From Planctomycetota bacterium (GTDB taxonomy: Bacteria > Planctomycetota > B15-G4), in the NCBI GenBank assembly GCA_038212275.1, contig JBBQUR010000027.1, positions 1 through 60,389 on the forward strand: a DNA stretch of 60,389 nucleotides. Reading direction: 5' to 3'. The position numbers and the translations under genes are program-made. The notes below the pieces were generated by a model that saw only the letters and a program-made list of their open reading frames with translations, was not told the origin of the DNA and did not search any database. Positions 30,854 through 41,502 of the stretch are shown in pieces. The number at the start of each line of letters is the position of its first letter. Within the stretch, counting starts at the first letter, position 1.

Positions 30854-33454
30854 ATGCAGGCCTGCCTCGATGTGTCTCGTGACGCGCGCCTCGTGCGCCC
30901 GGCTCGCGTGTCCTTGCTGCTGCTGCTGCTGGCGGCGTTGCCCGCCTGCGACACGCACGCGACTCCGGCCGCTGGCGCGGGAGCCGCGCCTGTCGCCGGC
31001 GCCAGGTCGACGGACGTCGCTGCGGTGCATCTGGCCGACGCCCTCGCCTCCGCCCGCATCAAGGCCGCGCCCGCCGCTTCCGCCGAGCGCGCGCCGCGCG
31101 TGTGGACCTTCGACGAACCGCGGCCCGACTGGACCGTGCAGGACCATGCGCAGACCGCGCGCCTCGCGGCCGTGACCACGGCGCAGCAGCCCGACTCCCT
31201 GCGGCTCGCGCTGCACGCCGCGGACGGCGTCACCGGCATGCTCATGGGCGGACTCGTCGGCCTGGTCGACGGCGGACCGCTGTCCAGCTGGGCCGGCGTG
31301 CGCGTGCGCGCCCGCACGCACGAACGCCTCTCGGGCGTGTCGGTCGGCTACAACCTGGACGAGGACGGAGCACTGCCCCAGCGCTGGGCGTTCATGATGG
31401 CCGGCGAGGGCACCGCGCCGGTCTTCGGCGACGGCTCGGTGCAGGACTACATGCTGCCGCTGCGCCCCCGCGAAACCGGCGCGCCGGCCACCGCTTCAGC
31501 CACCGCGTCGGGCGAGAGCGGCGCCGTGCTGCGCTCGCTCGGCATCTTCATCGGCGCGCCGGGCGAGGGCAGCCTCGACATCCTCTCCATCACGCTCGTG
31601 CCGCGCGGCGCCGAGTTCGAGCACGACACCGGCACGCTGGCCGTCGCGCGCGGCGGCGAATCGCGCCACTCGCTCTACGCCCACGCGCCGGCCGAGCTGG
31701 CCTTTCCGCTGCGCGTGCCCGTCGGCGGTCGGCTGGATGTCGGCCTGTCGGGCCTCGCGGGCGAATCCGTGACGCACGTCATCTCGGTGCGCGCCGACGG
31801 CGTGACCAGCGTGCTGCTCGACGAGCCGATCGACAGCAGCGACGCCTGGGCGCAGCGTTCGCTTGACCTCTCCCCCTGGGCCGGGCGCGACATCGAGCTG
31901 CTGCTGCAGGCGCACGCCGACGAGCCCGATGCCGTGGCGCTCTGGGGCGCGCCGATCGTCGGCGGCACCGCGCGCGACGCACGTCCCAACGTGCTCTTCT
32001 ACGTGATCGATGGCGGCGGCGCGGACCAGATGTCCGTCTTCGGTTACGACCGACCCACCACGCCCTTCCTGTCCGAACTGGCGAAGCAGGGCATCGTCTT
32101 CGAGCGCGCCTTCTCCAGCGCGACGTGGACGCAACCCTCCACCGCGGCCTTCATGACGGGCCTGCACCACAGCGTGCTCGGCGGACTGCGTCGCGGCCTG
32201 CACAGCACGCCGGTGCCCGACGCCGCGACCACGATGGCCGAGCATTTCCGCCGCGGCGGCTGGTTCACCACGTCGCTCACCACCAATCCCAACTGCGCAC
32301 GCGTCATCGGCCTGCAGCGTGGCGTGGACGTGATGGACGACTCGGTCGAGGAGACCGAGGAATTGCCCTCGTCGCTCGCGCTGCAGCAGCGCTTCCTGGA
32401 ACTGCGCGCTCAATACCCGCAGTCGCCGTGGTGGGCGCACATCCAGACCACCGACGTGCACGAGCCCAACCACCCCACGGAGCGCTTCGAGGGACACTTC
32501 GTGCCCGAGGCGGACCGCGAGGAGCTCGAGCAGTGGGACGATGCGCTGCACGAAGCCGGCAAGGGACTCTTCGGCGCGACGAGCATGCTGCACTTCTACG
32601 ATGAGGCGCTCTCGCGCGCGGGCCTGGACCGCCACGCCTACTACGACCGCCGCCGCGGTCTGTACGACGAGACGATGATGCAGCAGGACGAGTCGCTGCG
32701 CCTCTTCGTGCAGCAGTTGAAGGACGCGGGCGAGTGGGAGAACACCATCCTCGTCATCGGCGCGGACCACGGACATCCGGCCGGCACCTTCGCGCGCTGG
32801 GGTCGCGGCCTGTTCGAGCCCAAACCGCCGGAGTGGGAAGGCGCGCTCTTTGATTCCTACTCGACGCGCGTGCCGCTCATCGTGGTGTGGCCTGCGCAGC
32901 TCAAGGGCGGCCGCCGCATCGCGGAAGCCGTGTCCATGATCGACGTGCTCCCCACCGTGCTCGACCTGGCGGGACTGCCGCAGCCCGAGGTCTGCCAGGG
33001 CCGCTCGCTCGCTCCGGCGCTGCGCGGTGCCGCGCTGCCCGCGCAGCCGGTGCTCTTCGACGAAGTGCGCGTGGACGAGGCCAGCGGGCAGTTCATCGGC
33101 AACATCGAGGCCATCGACGGCCGCTGGGGCGCGTCGCTGGAGGTCGGCCCGGGCGCGCCCGGCAGCGATGGCGTGCACGGCCGTTACGCGGTGCCCTCCG
33201 GCGGACGCTGGGCCGCGGTGCATCCGTGGTTCGCCGACACGCCGCGCCTGCTGCTGTACGACCTGCAGGACGACCGCTTCGTGCGCCACGCGGTGAACGA
33301 CGAGCACCCGGATCTGGTCGCGAAGTACGAGAAGCTCCTGCGCGAACGCTGGCAGGCCCACCAGCTTCTCGGCCAGCGCTACGGTCAGGCGGCGAGCGCG
33401 GAGCTCTCGGCCGAACAGCTCGAACAACTCAAGGCCCTGGGATACGTCCGATGA
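30854..33454 (+). CDS. Sulfatase-like (alkaline phosphatase superfamily) hydrolase, probable lipoprotein
   Basis: [56 protein letters not shown]; start uncertain. Confidence 0.88.
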   Translation: MQACLDVSRDARLVRPARVSLLLLLLAALPACDTHATPAAGAGAAPVAGARSTDVAAVHLADALASARIKAAPAASAERAPRVWTFDEPRPDWTVQDHAQTARLAAVTTAQQPDSLRLALHAADGVTGMLMGGLVGLVDGGPLSSWAGVRVRARTHERLSGVSVGYNLDEDGALPQRWAFMMAGEGTAPVFGDGSVQDYMLPLRPRETGAPATASATASGESGAVLRSLGIFIGAPGEGSLDILSITLVPRGAEFEHDTGTLAVARGGESRHSLYAHAPAELAFPLRVPVGGRLDVGLSGLAGESVTHVISVRADGVTSVLLDEPIDSSDAWAQRSLDLSPWAGRDIELLLQAHADEPDAVALWGAPIVGGTARDARPNVLFYVIDGGGADQMSVFGYDRPTTPFLSELAKQGIVFERAFSSATWTQPSTAAFMTGLHHSVLGGLRRGLHSTPVPDAATTMAEHFRRGGWFTTSLTTNPNCARVIGLQRGVDVMDDSVEETEELPSSLALQQRFLELRAQYPQSPWWAHIQTTDVHEPNHPTERFEGHFVPEADREELEQWDDALHEAGKGLFGATSMLHFYDEALSRAGLDRHAYYDRRRGLYDETMMQQDESLRLFVQQLKDAGEWENTILVIGADHGHPAGTFARWGRGLFEPKPPEWEGALFDSYSTRVPLIVVWPAQLKGGRRIAEAVSMIDVLPTVLDLAGLPQPEVCQGRSLAPALRGAALPAQPVLFDEVRVDEASGQFIGNIEAIDGRWGASLEVGPGAPGSDGVHGRYAVPSGGRWAAVHPWFADTPRLLLYDLQDDRFVRHAVNDEHPDLVAKYEKLLRERWQAHQLLGQRYGQAASAELSAEQLEQLKALGYVR

Positions 33455-33738
33455 GCCTCATCAACTGGATCTTCGACATCTACCAGCACACGCAGATCTC
33501 GCGGGCCCGCGAGGAGACCTCGCGCATGCAGTCGGAGCTTGCCGCCGTGCGCAGCAGCGGGGGCGGCGTCGACGTCGCGCGGCTTCAGGTCACGCTCGAG
33601 GAGCTGGCGCTCGCGGTCAAGACGCTGCAGCGCACGATGATCGAGAAGGGCGTGTGCACGTCGGAGGAATTCGACCGCACGCTGCGCAGGATCGACCTCG
33701 AGGACGGCACCGCGGACGGCCGCAGTCGCCTGCGCTGA
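33451..33738 (+). CDS. Small coiled-coil hypothetical protein
   Basis: ATGA overlap with the sulfatase stop; MSLINWIFD...IDLEDGTADG. Confidence 0.75.
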   Translation: MSLINWIFDIYQHTQISRAREETSRMQSELAAVRSSGGGVDVARLQVTLEELALAVKTLQRTMIEKGVCTSEEFDRTLRRIDLEDGTADGRSRLR

Positions 33739-33776
33739 AGACCTCCGTCGCGTCGGCGCGCGACGGAGCGGGCGGC

Positions 33777-34322
33777 TCAGAGCCCGCTCTGCGCCGTCGC
33801 GGACACGGAGATCGCGGAGTAGAGCTCCCTGTTCGAGGTGTCGAAGCGATAGCCGTCGGCGGCCGTGAAGCCGACCATCCGCTCGGCGCCGCCCTCGAGC
33901 CAGATGATGACCGCCCACTCGTTCTGCAGGTCGCCGTTCATCTGGCGCCAGACCACGCTGCGGATCGCGCGCGTCGGGATGGTCAGCGATTCCGACTCGG
34001 AGCTGTACACGATCGCGTCGCTGCCGACGAGCAGCGTGCCCATGGCGCTGAACGGGATGTGATTGTCGGGCTGGATGTCGGCCCGGTACCAGACGTTGGC
34101 CAGCGTGCGCGGGAGCGTCACGCTGCGGTCCACGTCGTCGGAGCTGGTGGGCCGCGTCGAGCGCGCGGTGGTCTGGCAGCCGGCGCTGAGCAGCGCGAGC
34201 GTCGCGACGCAGGCGAGCGACATCGCGGCGAAGCGCGGCCGGCGCACGGCATGCGCGCCACTCGGATGGCCACCATGGCCGAGGCTGGAGCTCCTGTTCG
34301 GGCTTGCGTCGATCAGCTTCAT
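33777..34322 (-). CDS. Hypothetical lipoprotein (beta-rich, PH-like pattern)
   Basis: GAAGGA RBS; LSAGC lipobox; GTLLVGSDAIVY...LTIP..AIRSV. Confidence 0.65.
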   Translation of the reverse strand: MKLIDASPNRSSSLGHGGHPSGAHAVRRPRFAAMSLACVATLALLSAGCQTTARSTRPTSSDDVDRSVTLPRTLANVWYRADIQPDNHIPFSAMGTLLVGSDAIVYSSESESLTIPTRAIRSVVWRQMNGDLQNEWAVIIWLEGGAERMVGFTAADGYRFDTSNRELYSAISVSATAQSGL

Positions 34323-34549
34323 GCGAGTGTCCTTCTCGTGCAGGGTGGCGGCGCGTCCCCCGAAGGGTGCCGGCCGGGAGCGCATCGTGCGAAATGCGAC
34401 GCCTGTCAACCAGCGGGAGGCGCGCCCTCGGGGCAGCGCACTGTGATCCGCGGCGACCTTCCACGACAATGCTCCGGGGCGGCGTGCTCGGCGAACCACG
34501 GACCTCCCCGGACGCGCCGCACGCACCCCTCGAGCCCGCCTGCACAGCC

Positions 34550-36790
34550 ATGAGTTCCAGCTCCGCACAGTCCGCATCTGCCCAGCCCGGGCCCGGGGGC
34601 ACCCGCGCCGAGCTGGAAGCCGGCCTGAAGCGCCTCGGCTACGAGGGCTTCCGGCCCGGGCAGCGCGAGGCCATCGAGACGCTGCTCTCCGTCGGGCGGC
34701 TGCTGCTCGTGGCCCCCACCGGCGGCGGCAAGAGTCTCACCTTTCAATTGCCGGCGACGCTCCTGCCGGGCACGACGCTGGTCGTCTCGCCGCTCGTGTC
34801 GCTCATGGCCGACCAGGTCGCGGCGCTGGCGGCGCGCGGTGTGGCGGCCAGCTACCTCGCGGCCACGCTGCCGGCCGACGAGGTCCGCTCCCGCATGCGC
34901 GCGATGGGCCGCGGCGAGCTGCAGATCCTGTACGTCGCGCCCGAGCGGCTGGCCTTCGAGGGCTTCCGCTCGCTGCTGGCCGACATGCGCTGCCCGCTCA
35001 TCGCCGTGGACGAGGCGCACTGCATCAGCGAGTGGGGCCACGACTTCCGGCCGGAGTACATGCAGATCGGCGACCTGATCGCGTCGCTGCCGCAGGCGCG
35101 CGTGCTGGCCTGCACGGCCACGGCGACGCCGGTCGTGCGCGACGAGATCCTCGCCCGCCTCGGCCTGCCGCCGGACACGCCGCAGGTCGTGCACGGCTTC
35201 GCGCGCCCGAACCTCGCGCTGCGCGTGCGCGAGGTCGAGAGCGCCGCCGAGAAAGTGGACGCCGTGGACGACGCGCTGGCCGAGGCGCTCGGCCGACCGC
35301 GTGCGCGGCGTGCGCCGCAGACGGGGCGAGGCCCGGGCATGGCCATCATCTACGCGCCGACGCGACGCAGCACGGACGCCGAGGCGGCGCGTCTCGCGAA
35401 GCTCGGCTGGCTGGCGCAGGCCTATCACGCCGGCATGTCCGGCGCCGATCGCGAGGCGGTGCAGCAGACGTTCGCTGCGGGCGGCCTGGAGGTCGTCGTC
35501 GCGACGAATGCCTTCGGCATGGGCATCGACCGGCCCGACGTGCGGCTCGTCGCGCACCTCGCGCCGCCGGGATCCATCGAGGCCTACTACCAGGAGGTTG
35601 GGCGCGCGGGCCGGGACGGCGAGCCGGCGATCGGCCAATTGCTCGTGTCGCCGGGTGATCTCGCGCTGCGCCGCTCGCTCATGGAGCGCGATGGCGATCC
35701 GGACAGCGAGATCGCGAAGCACAAGTGGAACATGTACCTCGAGCTCATGCGCTGGGCCGAAGGCGGGAGTTGCCGGCACGACACGATCCTGCGCTACTTC
35801 GGCGACGAGGCCGAGACGCTCTCGGGCTGCGGCCGCTGCGACGTCTGCGTCGCGCTGGGCGAGTTCGACGACGGCGGCGAGCCGGGCGGGAGCCGCAGCG
35901 CGGACGGCGGCGATCGCGGCGAGGGAGGCACGCGCGTCGGCCGCGGCAGTGCGCGCCCCGATGCCGAAGAAACGACGCTCGTCGTGCGCAAGGCGCTTTC
36001 CGGCGTGGCACGCGTGCACGGCCGCTACGGCATGGGGCTCGCCGCCAGGCTGCTGAAAGGACTCGCGGACGACCGGCTGCAGGGCGCCGGGCTCTGCAAC
36101 ACGAGCACCTTCGGCGTGCTCTCGGAGCGCAGCGAGGACTGGTTGCTGCGACTGCTGCGCCGTTGCGTCACCGCCGGCTGGGTGGACTTCCGCGGCGGCG
36201 ACCGACCGGTCGTCGTGCTCACGGAGGAGGGCGGGCAGGTCATGTATGGCAAGCGGCCCGTGCGGCTTCTGCTCCCGGCGGAGCAACGAGCCTCCCGGCG
36301 CGCCACGAAGCGTCCGCACGAGCGACGTACGCGGGCACGCCCGCCGCGCGCGCTCGGCGACGACGGCGACCTCGTCCCGCCGGGCATCGACAGCGAGAGC
36401 GAGGCGGAGGTGGGCGGCGATGTCGTCGGCCGCCGCTGGCGCCGCGGTGCCAGCGGCGAGGACGACGGCTCGGCCGAAGCACTCGGTGACCGCAGCGGCC
36501 GCAGTCGCGGGCGCGGCCGCGGATCGGTCGCACCGGACGACGAGGAGATGCTCGACGAGGCCGCGACGGAGTTGTTCGAAGCCTTGCGCCACCATCGGCT
36601 CGTCGTGTCGCGCGCCGAATCCGTCCCGCCCTACGTCGTGGCCAGCGACCGCACGCTGCGCGACATCGCGCGCCGCCGCCCGGCGACGCTGGCGGAGTTG
36701 CAGGCAGTCCACGGCATCGGCCCCGCCAAGGCGGAGCGCTTCGGGCCCGGCCTGCTGGGCGTGGTGACCGGCGAGGCAGCGGCCGAGTGA
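34550..36790 (+). CDS. recQ: RecQ family ATP-dependent DNA helicase
   Basis: FRPGQ, PTGGGKS, DEAHCISEWGHDFRP, TATA, YHAG, AFGMGID, QEVGRAGRDG, Zn motif CR..CGRCDVC, RQC and HRDC domains. Confidence 0.96.
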   Translation: MSSSSAQSASAQPGPGGTRAELEAGLKRLGYEGFRPGQREAIETLLSVGRLLLVAPTGGGKSLTFQLPATLLPGTTLVVSPLVSLMADQVAALAARGVAASYLAATLPADEVRSRMRAMGRGELQILYVAPERLAFEGFRSLLADMRCPLIAVDEAHCISEWGHDFRPEYMQIGDLIASLPQARVLACTATATPVVRDEILARLGLPPDTPQVVHGFARPNLALRVREVESAAEKVDAVDDALAEALGRPRARRAPQTGRGPGMAIIYAPTRRSTDAEAARLAKLGWLAQAYHAGMSGADREAVQQTFAAGGLEVVVATNAFGMGIDRPDVRLVAHLAPPGSIEAYYQEVGRAGRDGEPAIGQLLVSPGDLALRRSLMERDGDPDSEIAKHKWNMYLELMRWAEGGSCRHDTILRYFGDEAETLSGCGRCDVCVALGEFDDGGEPGGSRSADGGDRGEGGTRVGRGSARPDAEETTLVVRKALSGVARVHGRYGMGLAARLLKGLADDRLQGAGLCNTSTFGVLSERSEDWLLRLLRRCVTAGWVDFRGGDRPVVVLTEEGGQVMYGKRPVRLLLPAEQRASRRATKRPHERRTRARPPRALGDDGDLVPPGIDSESEAEVGGDVVGRRWRRGASGEDDGSAEALGDRSGRSRGRGRGSVAPDDEEMLDEAATELFEALRHHRLVVSRAESVPPYVVASDRTLRDIARRRPATLAELQAVHGIGPAKAERFGPGLLGVVTGEAAAE

Positions 36791-36806
36791 TGCGGCGCCT
36801 TCGCTG

Positions 36807-38837
36807 ATGTCAGCACGCCGATGGACAGCGACGCTGTGGCTTGCGGCGGGACTCATGCTCGCAGGCCCCGCGCGCGGCGCAGAGGAGCTGGTACTCCGCG
36901 TGTCGCCGTCGGAGACCTCGCTGGCGGAAGCCGTGCAGCGCGCGACGAAAGCGGCGGAGGATCCGGACGTGCTGCGCGTGCGACTCGTGCTGCTGCCTGG
37001 CGTGCACGGCGTCGGGCAGCCGGTCTCGCTGAGCGGCGTGCGCGTGCCGCTCGAGATCGTTGCGGCCGGGCCGGGCGTGCGCGTCGTCGGCGGCGCGGTG
37101 CTGCGCGATCCCGGGTTCGTACCCGTCACGGAGCGCGCGTTGCTCGAGCGGCTGCCGGCCGCAAGCCGCGGGCACGTGCGCGGCCTCGTCCTGCCGCCGG
37201 AGGTGGCCATCGGACTGGCCGGCATCACGCATCGAGGCATGGCGGTGCCGGTCGAGCCGGTCGAGAGCGAGTTCATTCTCGACGGCGTGCTGCTGCGACT
37301 CGCGCGCTGGCCCGATGCGGGCTTCGCGCCGGTCGCCGAGGTGCTCGACCGCGGCTCGGTGCCGCGCGACCGCGAGCCGGATGTCGCGCCGGAGAAGCGC
37401 GAGACTGGCCCCGCACGCGGCGGCGTCTTCCGCCCCGCCGACACGTCGCGGCTCGCGGCGTGGGCCGCCGAATCAGGGCTCTGGGCGCAGGGCTACTGGT
37501 TCAACGACTGGGCCGACGAGCTGCTCCCTGTCGCCGGCATCGACGTCGCCGCCCGCACGCTGACGCTCGGCCTCCCGCACCGCTACGGCCTCGGGCCGGA
37601 GGGACGCTTCGCCATCGTCGGCGCGCTGTGCGAACTGGACGCGCCCGGTGAAGCATGGTTCGACCCGCCGACGGGCACCCTCGTGCTGTGGCCGCCCGAC
37701 GGCGCGCCGTGCAGGGAGCTGCTCGTCACGCGCGCGACCGGACCGCTGCTGTCTCTCGACGGCATGCACGACGTGACCGTCTCGGGCATCAGCTTCGAGG
37801 CTTGCCGCGGTTCCGCGATCGAGGCTCGACAGGCGGAGCGACTCCTCATCGAGCACTGCAGCTTCCGCAACCTGGGCACGCACGCCATCGTGCTCGACGG
37901 CCTGCAGTGCTCCGTCCGCAACTGCCTGTTCGAGGACGTCGGCGCGAGCGGCGTGCGCCTGTCCGGCGGCGACCGTGTCACCCTGCGGCCCGCCGGCAAC
38001 GACGTGACGAACTGCCTGCTGCGCCGCTGCGGGCGATTGTTCCGCACCTACCAGCCTGCGGTGCACCTGTCGGGCGTCGGCCAGCGCGTCGCGCACTGCC
38101 TGCTCACCGACCTGCCGCATGCCGCGATCCTCTTCGAAGGGAATGATCACGTCATCGAGGCCAACCGCATCGAACGCGTCGTGACCGAAACCGGTGACGC
38201 CGGCGCGGTCTACTGCGGCCGCGACTGGACGGCGCAGGGCACGACCATCCGCGGCAACGTCTTCCGCGATGTCGGCAGCGCCGGCCGGCGCTACGAGAAC
38301 GCCATCTACCTGGACGACATGGCCAGCGGCATCCGGGTGCAGGGCAACCTGATCGTCGGCGGCCACTGGGGCATGCTCATCGGCGGCGGACGCGACGTGG
38401 AGGTGACCGGAAACGTGCTGCTCGGTTGCCGGCTCGGGCTGTCCTTCGATGCGCGCGGCACCGGCTGGATGGCCGGCGCGCTGGCCGACCCGGAGCACTC
38501 GACCCTGCGTCAGCGCTGGCGCGCGATGCCTGTCGCCAACGCGCTCTGGCGCGCGCGCTACCCGTCGCTGCCGGACTACGAGTCCGATCGCATGGGCCGT
38601 CCGGTCGGCAGCGTCGTGGCCGGCAACCTCTTCGTGGCGACGCCCTTCGGCCGCGTGAGCGACGCCGAGGTCATGCGCGTCGAAGACAACCTGCTGCGCG
38701 AGGCGAGCGACACGCTGGCACCCGACCGGCCGCTGCCAGGGCGCATCACCTGTCCCGGACTGGCGAACTTCGTGCCAATCGAGGTCGACGCGGCAGGGCC
38801 CGGAAGCGCCGACGTCGGCGCCGCGCGAGGAGAGTGA
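36807..38837 (+). CDS. Secreted right-handed parallel beta-helix (pectin lyase-like) protein
   Basis: Signal peptide; LARWP, GYWFNDW, ELDAPGE, GNDHVIE.N, DAGAVY.GRDW, IYLDD. Confidence 0.88.
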   Translation: MSARRWTATLWLAAGLMLAGPARGAEELVLRVSPSETSLAEAVQRATKAAEDPDVLRVRLVLLPGVHGVGQPVSLSGVRVPLEIVAAGPGVRVVGGAVLRDPGFVPVTERALLERLPAASRGHVRGLVLPPEVAIGLAGITHRGMAVPVEPVESEFILDGVLLRLARWPDAGFAPVAEVLDRGSVPRDREPDVAPEKRETGPARGGVFRPADTSRLAAWAAESGLWAQGYWFNDWADELLPVAGIDVAARTLTLGLPHRYGLGPEGRFAIVGALCELDAPGEAWFDPPTGTLVLWPPDGAPCRELLVTRATGPLLSLDGMHDVTVSGISFEACRGSAIEARQAERLLIEHCSFRNLGTHAIVLDGLQCSVRNCLFEDVGASGVRLSGGDRVTLRPAGNDVTNCLLRRCGRLFRTYQPAVHLSGVGQRVAHCLLTDLPHAAILFEGNDHVIEANRIERVVTETGDAGAVYCGRDWTAQGTTIRGNVFRDVGSAGRRYENAIYLDDMASGIRVQGNLIVGGHWGMLIGGGRDVEVTGNVLLGCRLGLSFDARGTGWMAGALADPEHSTLRQRWRAMPVANALWRARYPSLPDYESDRMGRPVGSVVAGNLFVATPFGRVSDAEVMRVEDNLLREASDTLAPDRPLPGRITCPGLANFVPIEVDAAGPGSADVGAARGE

Positions 38838-38970
38838 CGCCGGACATGCGGCGCGCGCCGTGCTCGTCGCGCCTCCCCCTGCCGGCCTTCCCTCCCGAGC
38901 AGGCGCTTTGGTGCAATGTTCGCCCACCAGCCGGATCCCGGGCGCCGCACCGCGCCAGAAGGAGCAAAAC

Positions 38971-39684
38971 GTGTCGAAGGACAAGGATCGTCCCAAGGTC
39001 GGAACCGATGGCCGCGCATTGCCCGTGCTGCCGCCGGAGCGCGACGTGCGCGTGTGGGCCAAGCTCGTCCGCATCATGTTCTACACGCCGGGATTCATGG
39101 CGCTGCTGCTGCTCAAGACCGGCGAGCCGACCAGCTTCGGCATCACGGTGGAACTGCTCATGCTGTCCACCGCGGCGGCCATCGTCGGTGGGCTGTTCGT
39201 CGGCACGCAGTCCGACGGCAAGGGCGCCAATCAGTCCTCGCGGACGGGCATCTGGTGCGGCTCGCTGGTGATGGAACTGCTCGCCGCCGTGCCCTTCCTC
39301 TGCGCCGTGCCACCGCTGTTTCACGAACTGGCCAGCAGCACGCTGCTGCACGCCAAGGCGCCGGAAGCCGTGAACGTTTCGCTGGGCCTCTCCGAGCTGC
39401 TGCCCGCCGTGGCCATCCTCCCGTTCATGATCTACCAGCTGGCCGGCTTCGGGACGCTGCATTACGTCGTGCCGCGCCTGGTGAACTGGACGATCAACTT
39501 CGGCATCCTCGGCCTCATCGTGGCTTCGTACCTGTCGAACCACTCGGGCAACTACGCCATGGAGAAGACCTTCGTCGCCGTGCTGGTGGTGGCGATGGCT
39601 GTCATCACCTTCTACGGCATCCTCAAGCTGCGCAGCATGCAGGCGGACTTCGACCGGCGCTGCCCGGTCAAGGAACCCAAGTAG
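38971..39684 (+). CDS. Hypothetical integral membrane protein (about 6 TM)
   Basis: AAGGAG RBS before GTG; multiple hydrophobic helices. Confidence 0.75.
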   Translation: MSKDKDRPKVGTDGRALPVLPPERDVRVWAKLVRIMFYTPGFMALLLLKTGEPTSFGITVELLMLSTAAAIVGGLFVGTQSDGKGANQSSRTGIWCGSLVMELLAAVPFLCAVPPLFHELASSTLLHAKAPEAVNVSLGLSELLPAVAILPFMIYQLAGFGTLHYVVPRLVNWTINFGILGLIVASYLSNHSGNYAMEKTFVAVLVVAMAVITFYGILKLRSMQADFDRRCPVKEPK

Positions 39685-39694
39685 GCCGAGGCCG

Positions 39695-40297
39695 CTACCG
39701 CAACGCCGCGAGCTCCGCCTCGAGCGCGGTGATGCGCGTCTGCAGCGACTCGATGAGCGGCGCGACCTCGCTCGCCGCAAAGCGCGGGTGGATGTGCTGC
39801 TGGCAGTTGACGTCCCACGCTTCGATCGTGATGACGATCGCGCGCTCGGGGCGGCCGCTGTAACTGCTGTCGTGCAGGCGCTCGAGCAGCGCCGGGTCGT
39901 CCGTGACGACGCGCGCGGTGCCCCACACCTTCACGCGTCGCTGGTTGGCGTAGTCCATGAGGAAGACGAACACGCGCGGGTTCTCGGTGAGATTGCCCCA
40001 GCTGATGTACTGGCGGTTGCCGCCGAAGTCCGCGAAGGCCAGCGTGTGCTCGTCGAGCACCTTGAGAAAGCCCTTCGGACCGCCGCGGTACTGGATGTAC
40101 GGCTGACCTGCCGCGTTCGCCGTCCCGAGATAGAACATGTCCAGCTCGGCGAGGAAGCCGGAGAGGTCGGGCGTGGCCTGCGTGCTCCAGCCGCCTTCCG
40201 CTTCCATGCGTGCGTACTGCCTGCGCGAGCCGCGCGCCGCCTGCAGGGCCTTGACCGCGGGCGTGAAGGCGATGTCGCTCGGCACCGGATGCGTCAT
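39695..40297 (-). CDS. Pyridoxamine 5'-phosphate oxidase-like FMN-binding protein
   Basis: DIAFTPAVK..Q...GSR..Y, PYIQYRGGPKGFL, ADFGGNRQYIS.GNL, WDVNCQQHI; AAGGAG RBS. Confidence 0.92.
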   Translation of the reverse strand: MTHPVPSDIAFTPAVKALQAARGSRRQYARMEAEGGWSTQATPDLSGFLAELDMFYLGTANAAGQPYIQYRGGPKGFLKVLDEHTLAFADFGGNRQYISWGNLTENPRVFVFLMDYANQRRVKVWGTARVVTDDPALLERLHDSSYSGRPERAIVITIEAWDVNCQQHIHPRFAASEVAPLIESLQTRITALEAELAALR

Positions 40298-40371
40298 GAC
40301 GAATACTCCTTGGACATCGACCGATCGCGCTGCAACGGAGTGCAGCCGACGACTGCACCGGCGCGACACGC

Positions 40372-40677
40372 TCAGGGTGCGACACGTTCCGCGAGGAAGC
40401 TGCGCATCTTCTCCGCGATGACCTGGCCCTGCGCCGGCACGACGGCGGGAGGCGCCGTCGCTGCCGGTGCAGCGCGAACCGTCGCTGCATCGGATGCTCC
40501 GCTCCGGACAGCTTGCTGCAGCGCGGCGGCCGCCTCGTCGGGTGGTGTGTCCCCGACAAGGCCGCCGACCGCCTGTTTGAGCGCCGACACACCTGGCACG
40601 TCCCCGCTTGCGACCCCGCCGAGCATGGCTCCGGTCAGGCTGAGGCCGAGCAGCGAACTGAGCATGAGCTGGTGCAT
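40372..40677 (-). CDS. Small exported hypothetical protein
   Basis: Hydrophobic N-terminus; lies inside the CMD-PNPOx operon on the same strand. Confidence 0.5.
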   Translation of the reverse strand: MHQLMLSSLLGLSLTGAMLGGVASGDVPGVSALKQAVGGLVGDTPPDEAAAALQQAVRSGASDAATVRAAPAATAPPAVVPAQGQVIAEKMRSFLAERVAP

Positions 40678-40748
40678 CGAGAGTCCGTCCTGTTCGTGGT
40701 GGAGACGACCGGGGCGCGGTGCCCCGCGTGCTGTCCGGTGCGCTGCGG

Positions 40749-41288
40749 TCAGAGCGCCGGGGCCGCCGGGAAGTCCACCGCCGGGTCGGCGACGTGGTTG
40801 AAGTAGTTGGTGAACAGATTCAGCGCGACGTTGGCGACGACCTCGGCGATGGCGTCATCACCGAAGCCCGCGGCGCGGACCGCGCCGAGATCGGACTCGC
40901 TCACGCGACCGCGCTTCTCCACCACGGCGGAAGCGAAGTGCAGCAGCGCGTTCGTGCTCGCATCGGCCGCATGGCCCTTGCGCGCCGCGAGGATCTGCTC
41001 CGGCGCCAGGCCGGACTTGCCGCCGATGAGCGTGTGCGCCGCGAGGCAGTAGTTGCAGTTGCTCGCCTGCCCGACCGTGAGCGCAATCAGCTCGCGGGTC
41101 TTGGCAGGCAGCGCACCCTTGGCCAGCGCGCCACTCATCTGCAGATAGGCGTCGAGAGCCGACGGGGCGCGCGCCATGGCGCGCATCATGTTCGGGACGA
41201 CACCCAGCTTCGCCTTCACGGCGCCGAGCAGTTCCTTGGCGCGGGCATCTTCGGTGGTGTCGGGGGCAACGAGAGTGAACGTGGACAT
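40749..41288 (-). CDS. Carboxymuconolactone decarboxylase/AhpD-family peroxidase-like protein
   Basis: LGVVPNM, RELIALTV...CNYCLAAH (ExxxxxxxxxxxCxxCxxxH), NLFTNYFNH...DFP. Confidence 0.92.
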   Translation of the reverse strand: MSTFTLVAPDTTEDARAKELLGAVKAKLGVVPNMMRAMARAPSALDAYLQMSGALAKGALPAKTRELIALTVGQASNCNYCLAAHTLIGGKSGLAPEQILAARKGHAADASTNALLHFASAVVEKRGRVSESDLGAVRAAGFGDDAIAEVVANVALNLFTNYFNHVADPAVDFPAAPAL

Positions 41289-41352
41289 GGCTCGGTTCCT
41301 TGCTTCTTGAGGTGGGTGGCACACCGACTGGTGCGCCCTTGCCCCCTACCAA

Positions 41353-41369
41353 GGCACACGCCGTGCCGA
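41353..41369 (-). promoter_or_regulatory. Putative sigma54 promoter of the CMD operon
   Basis: Minus strand TCGGCACGGCGTGTGCC, GG-N10-GC, ~65 bp upstream of the CMD ATG and next to a sigma54 activator gene. Confidence 0.72.
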
Positions 41370-41437
41370 ACTCGCACACTTGCTGCAAGTTCATGCGTGA
41401 AATGGACTTGCATCCAGGAAGCCACCCGGACGACTCT

Positions 41438-41490
41438 CACGACATGTCGTGGTTGCACGACTTTTCGTGACGGCTCCACGATATTTCGTG
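41438..41490. promoter_or_regulatory. Three palindromic CACGA-N4-TCGTG boxes (putative upstream activator sites)
   Basis: 41438-41451 CACGACATGTCGTG; 41456-41469 CACGACTTTTCGTG; 41477-41490 CACGATATTTCGTG. Confidence 0.8.
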
Positions 41491-41502
41491 GATGCTGGGC
41501 CC

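Noticed and set aside
41438..41490. CRISPR-like interpretation of this and other short repeats (15557-15621, 43622-43693, 52187-52245)
   Set aside because: Units are tandem or separated by only 4-7 bp, lack unique 25-45 bp spacers, some are coding, and no cas genes are present.
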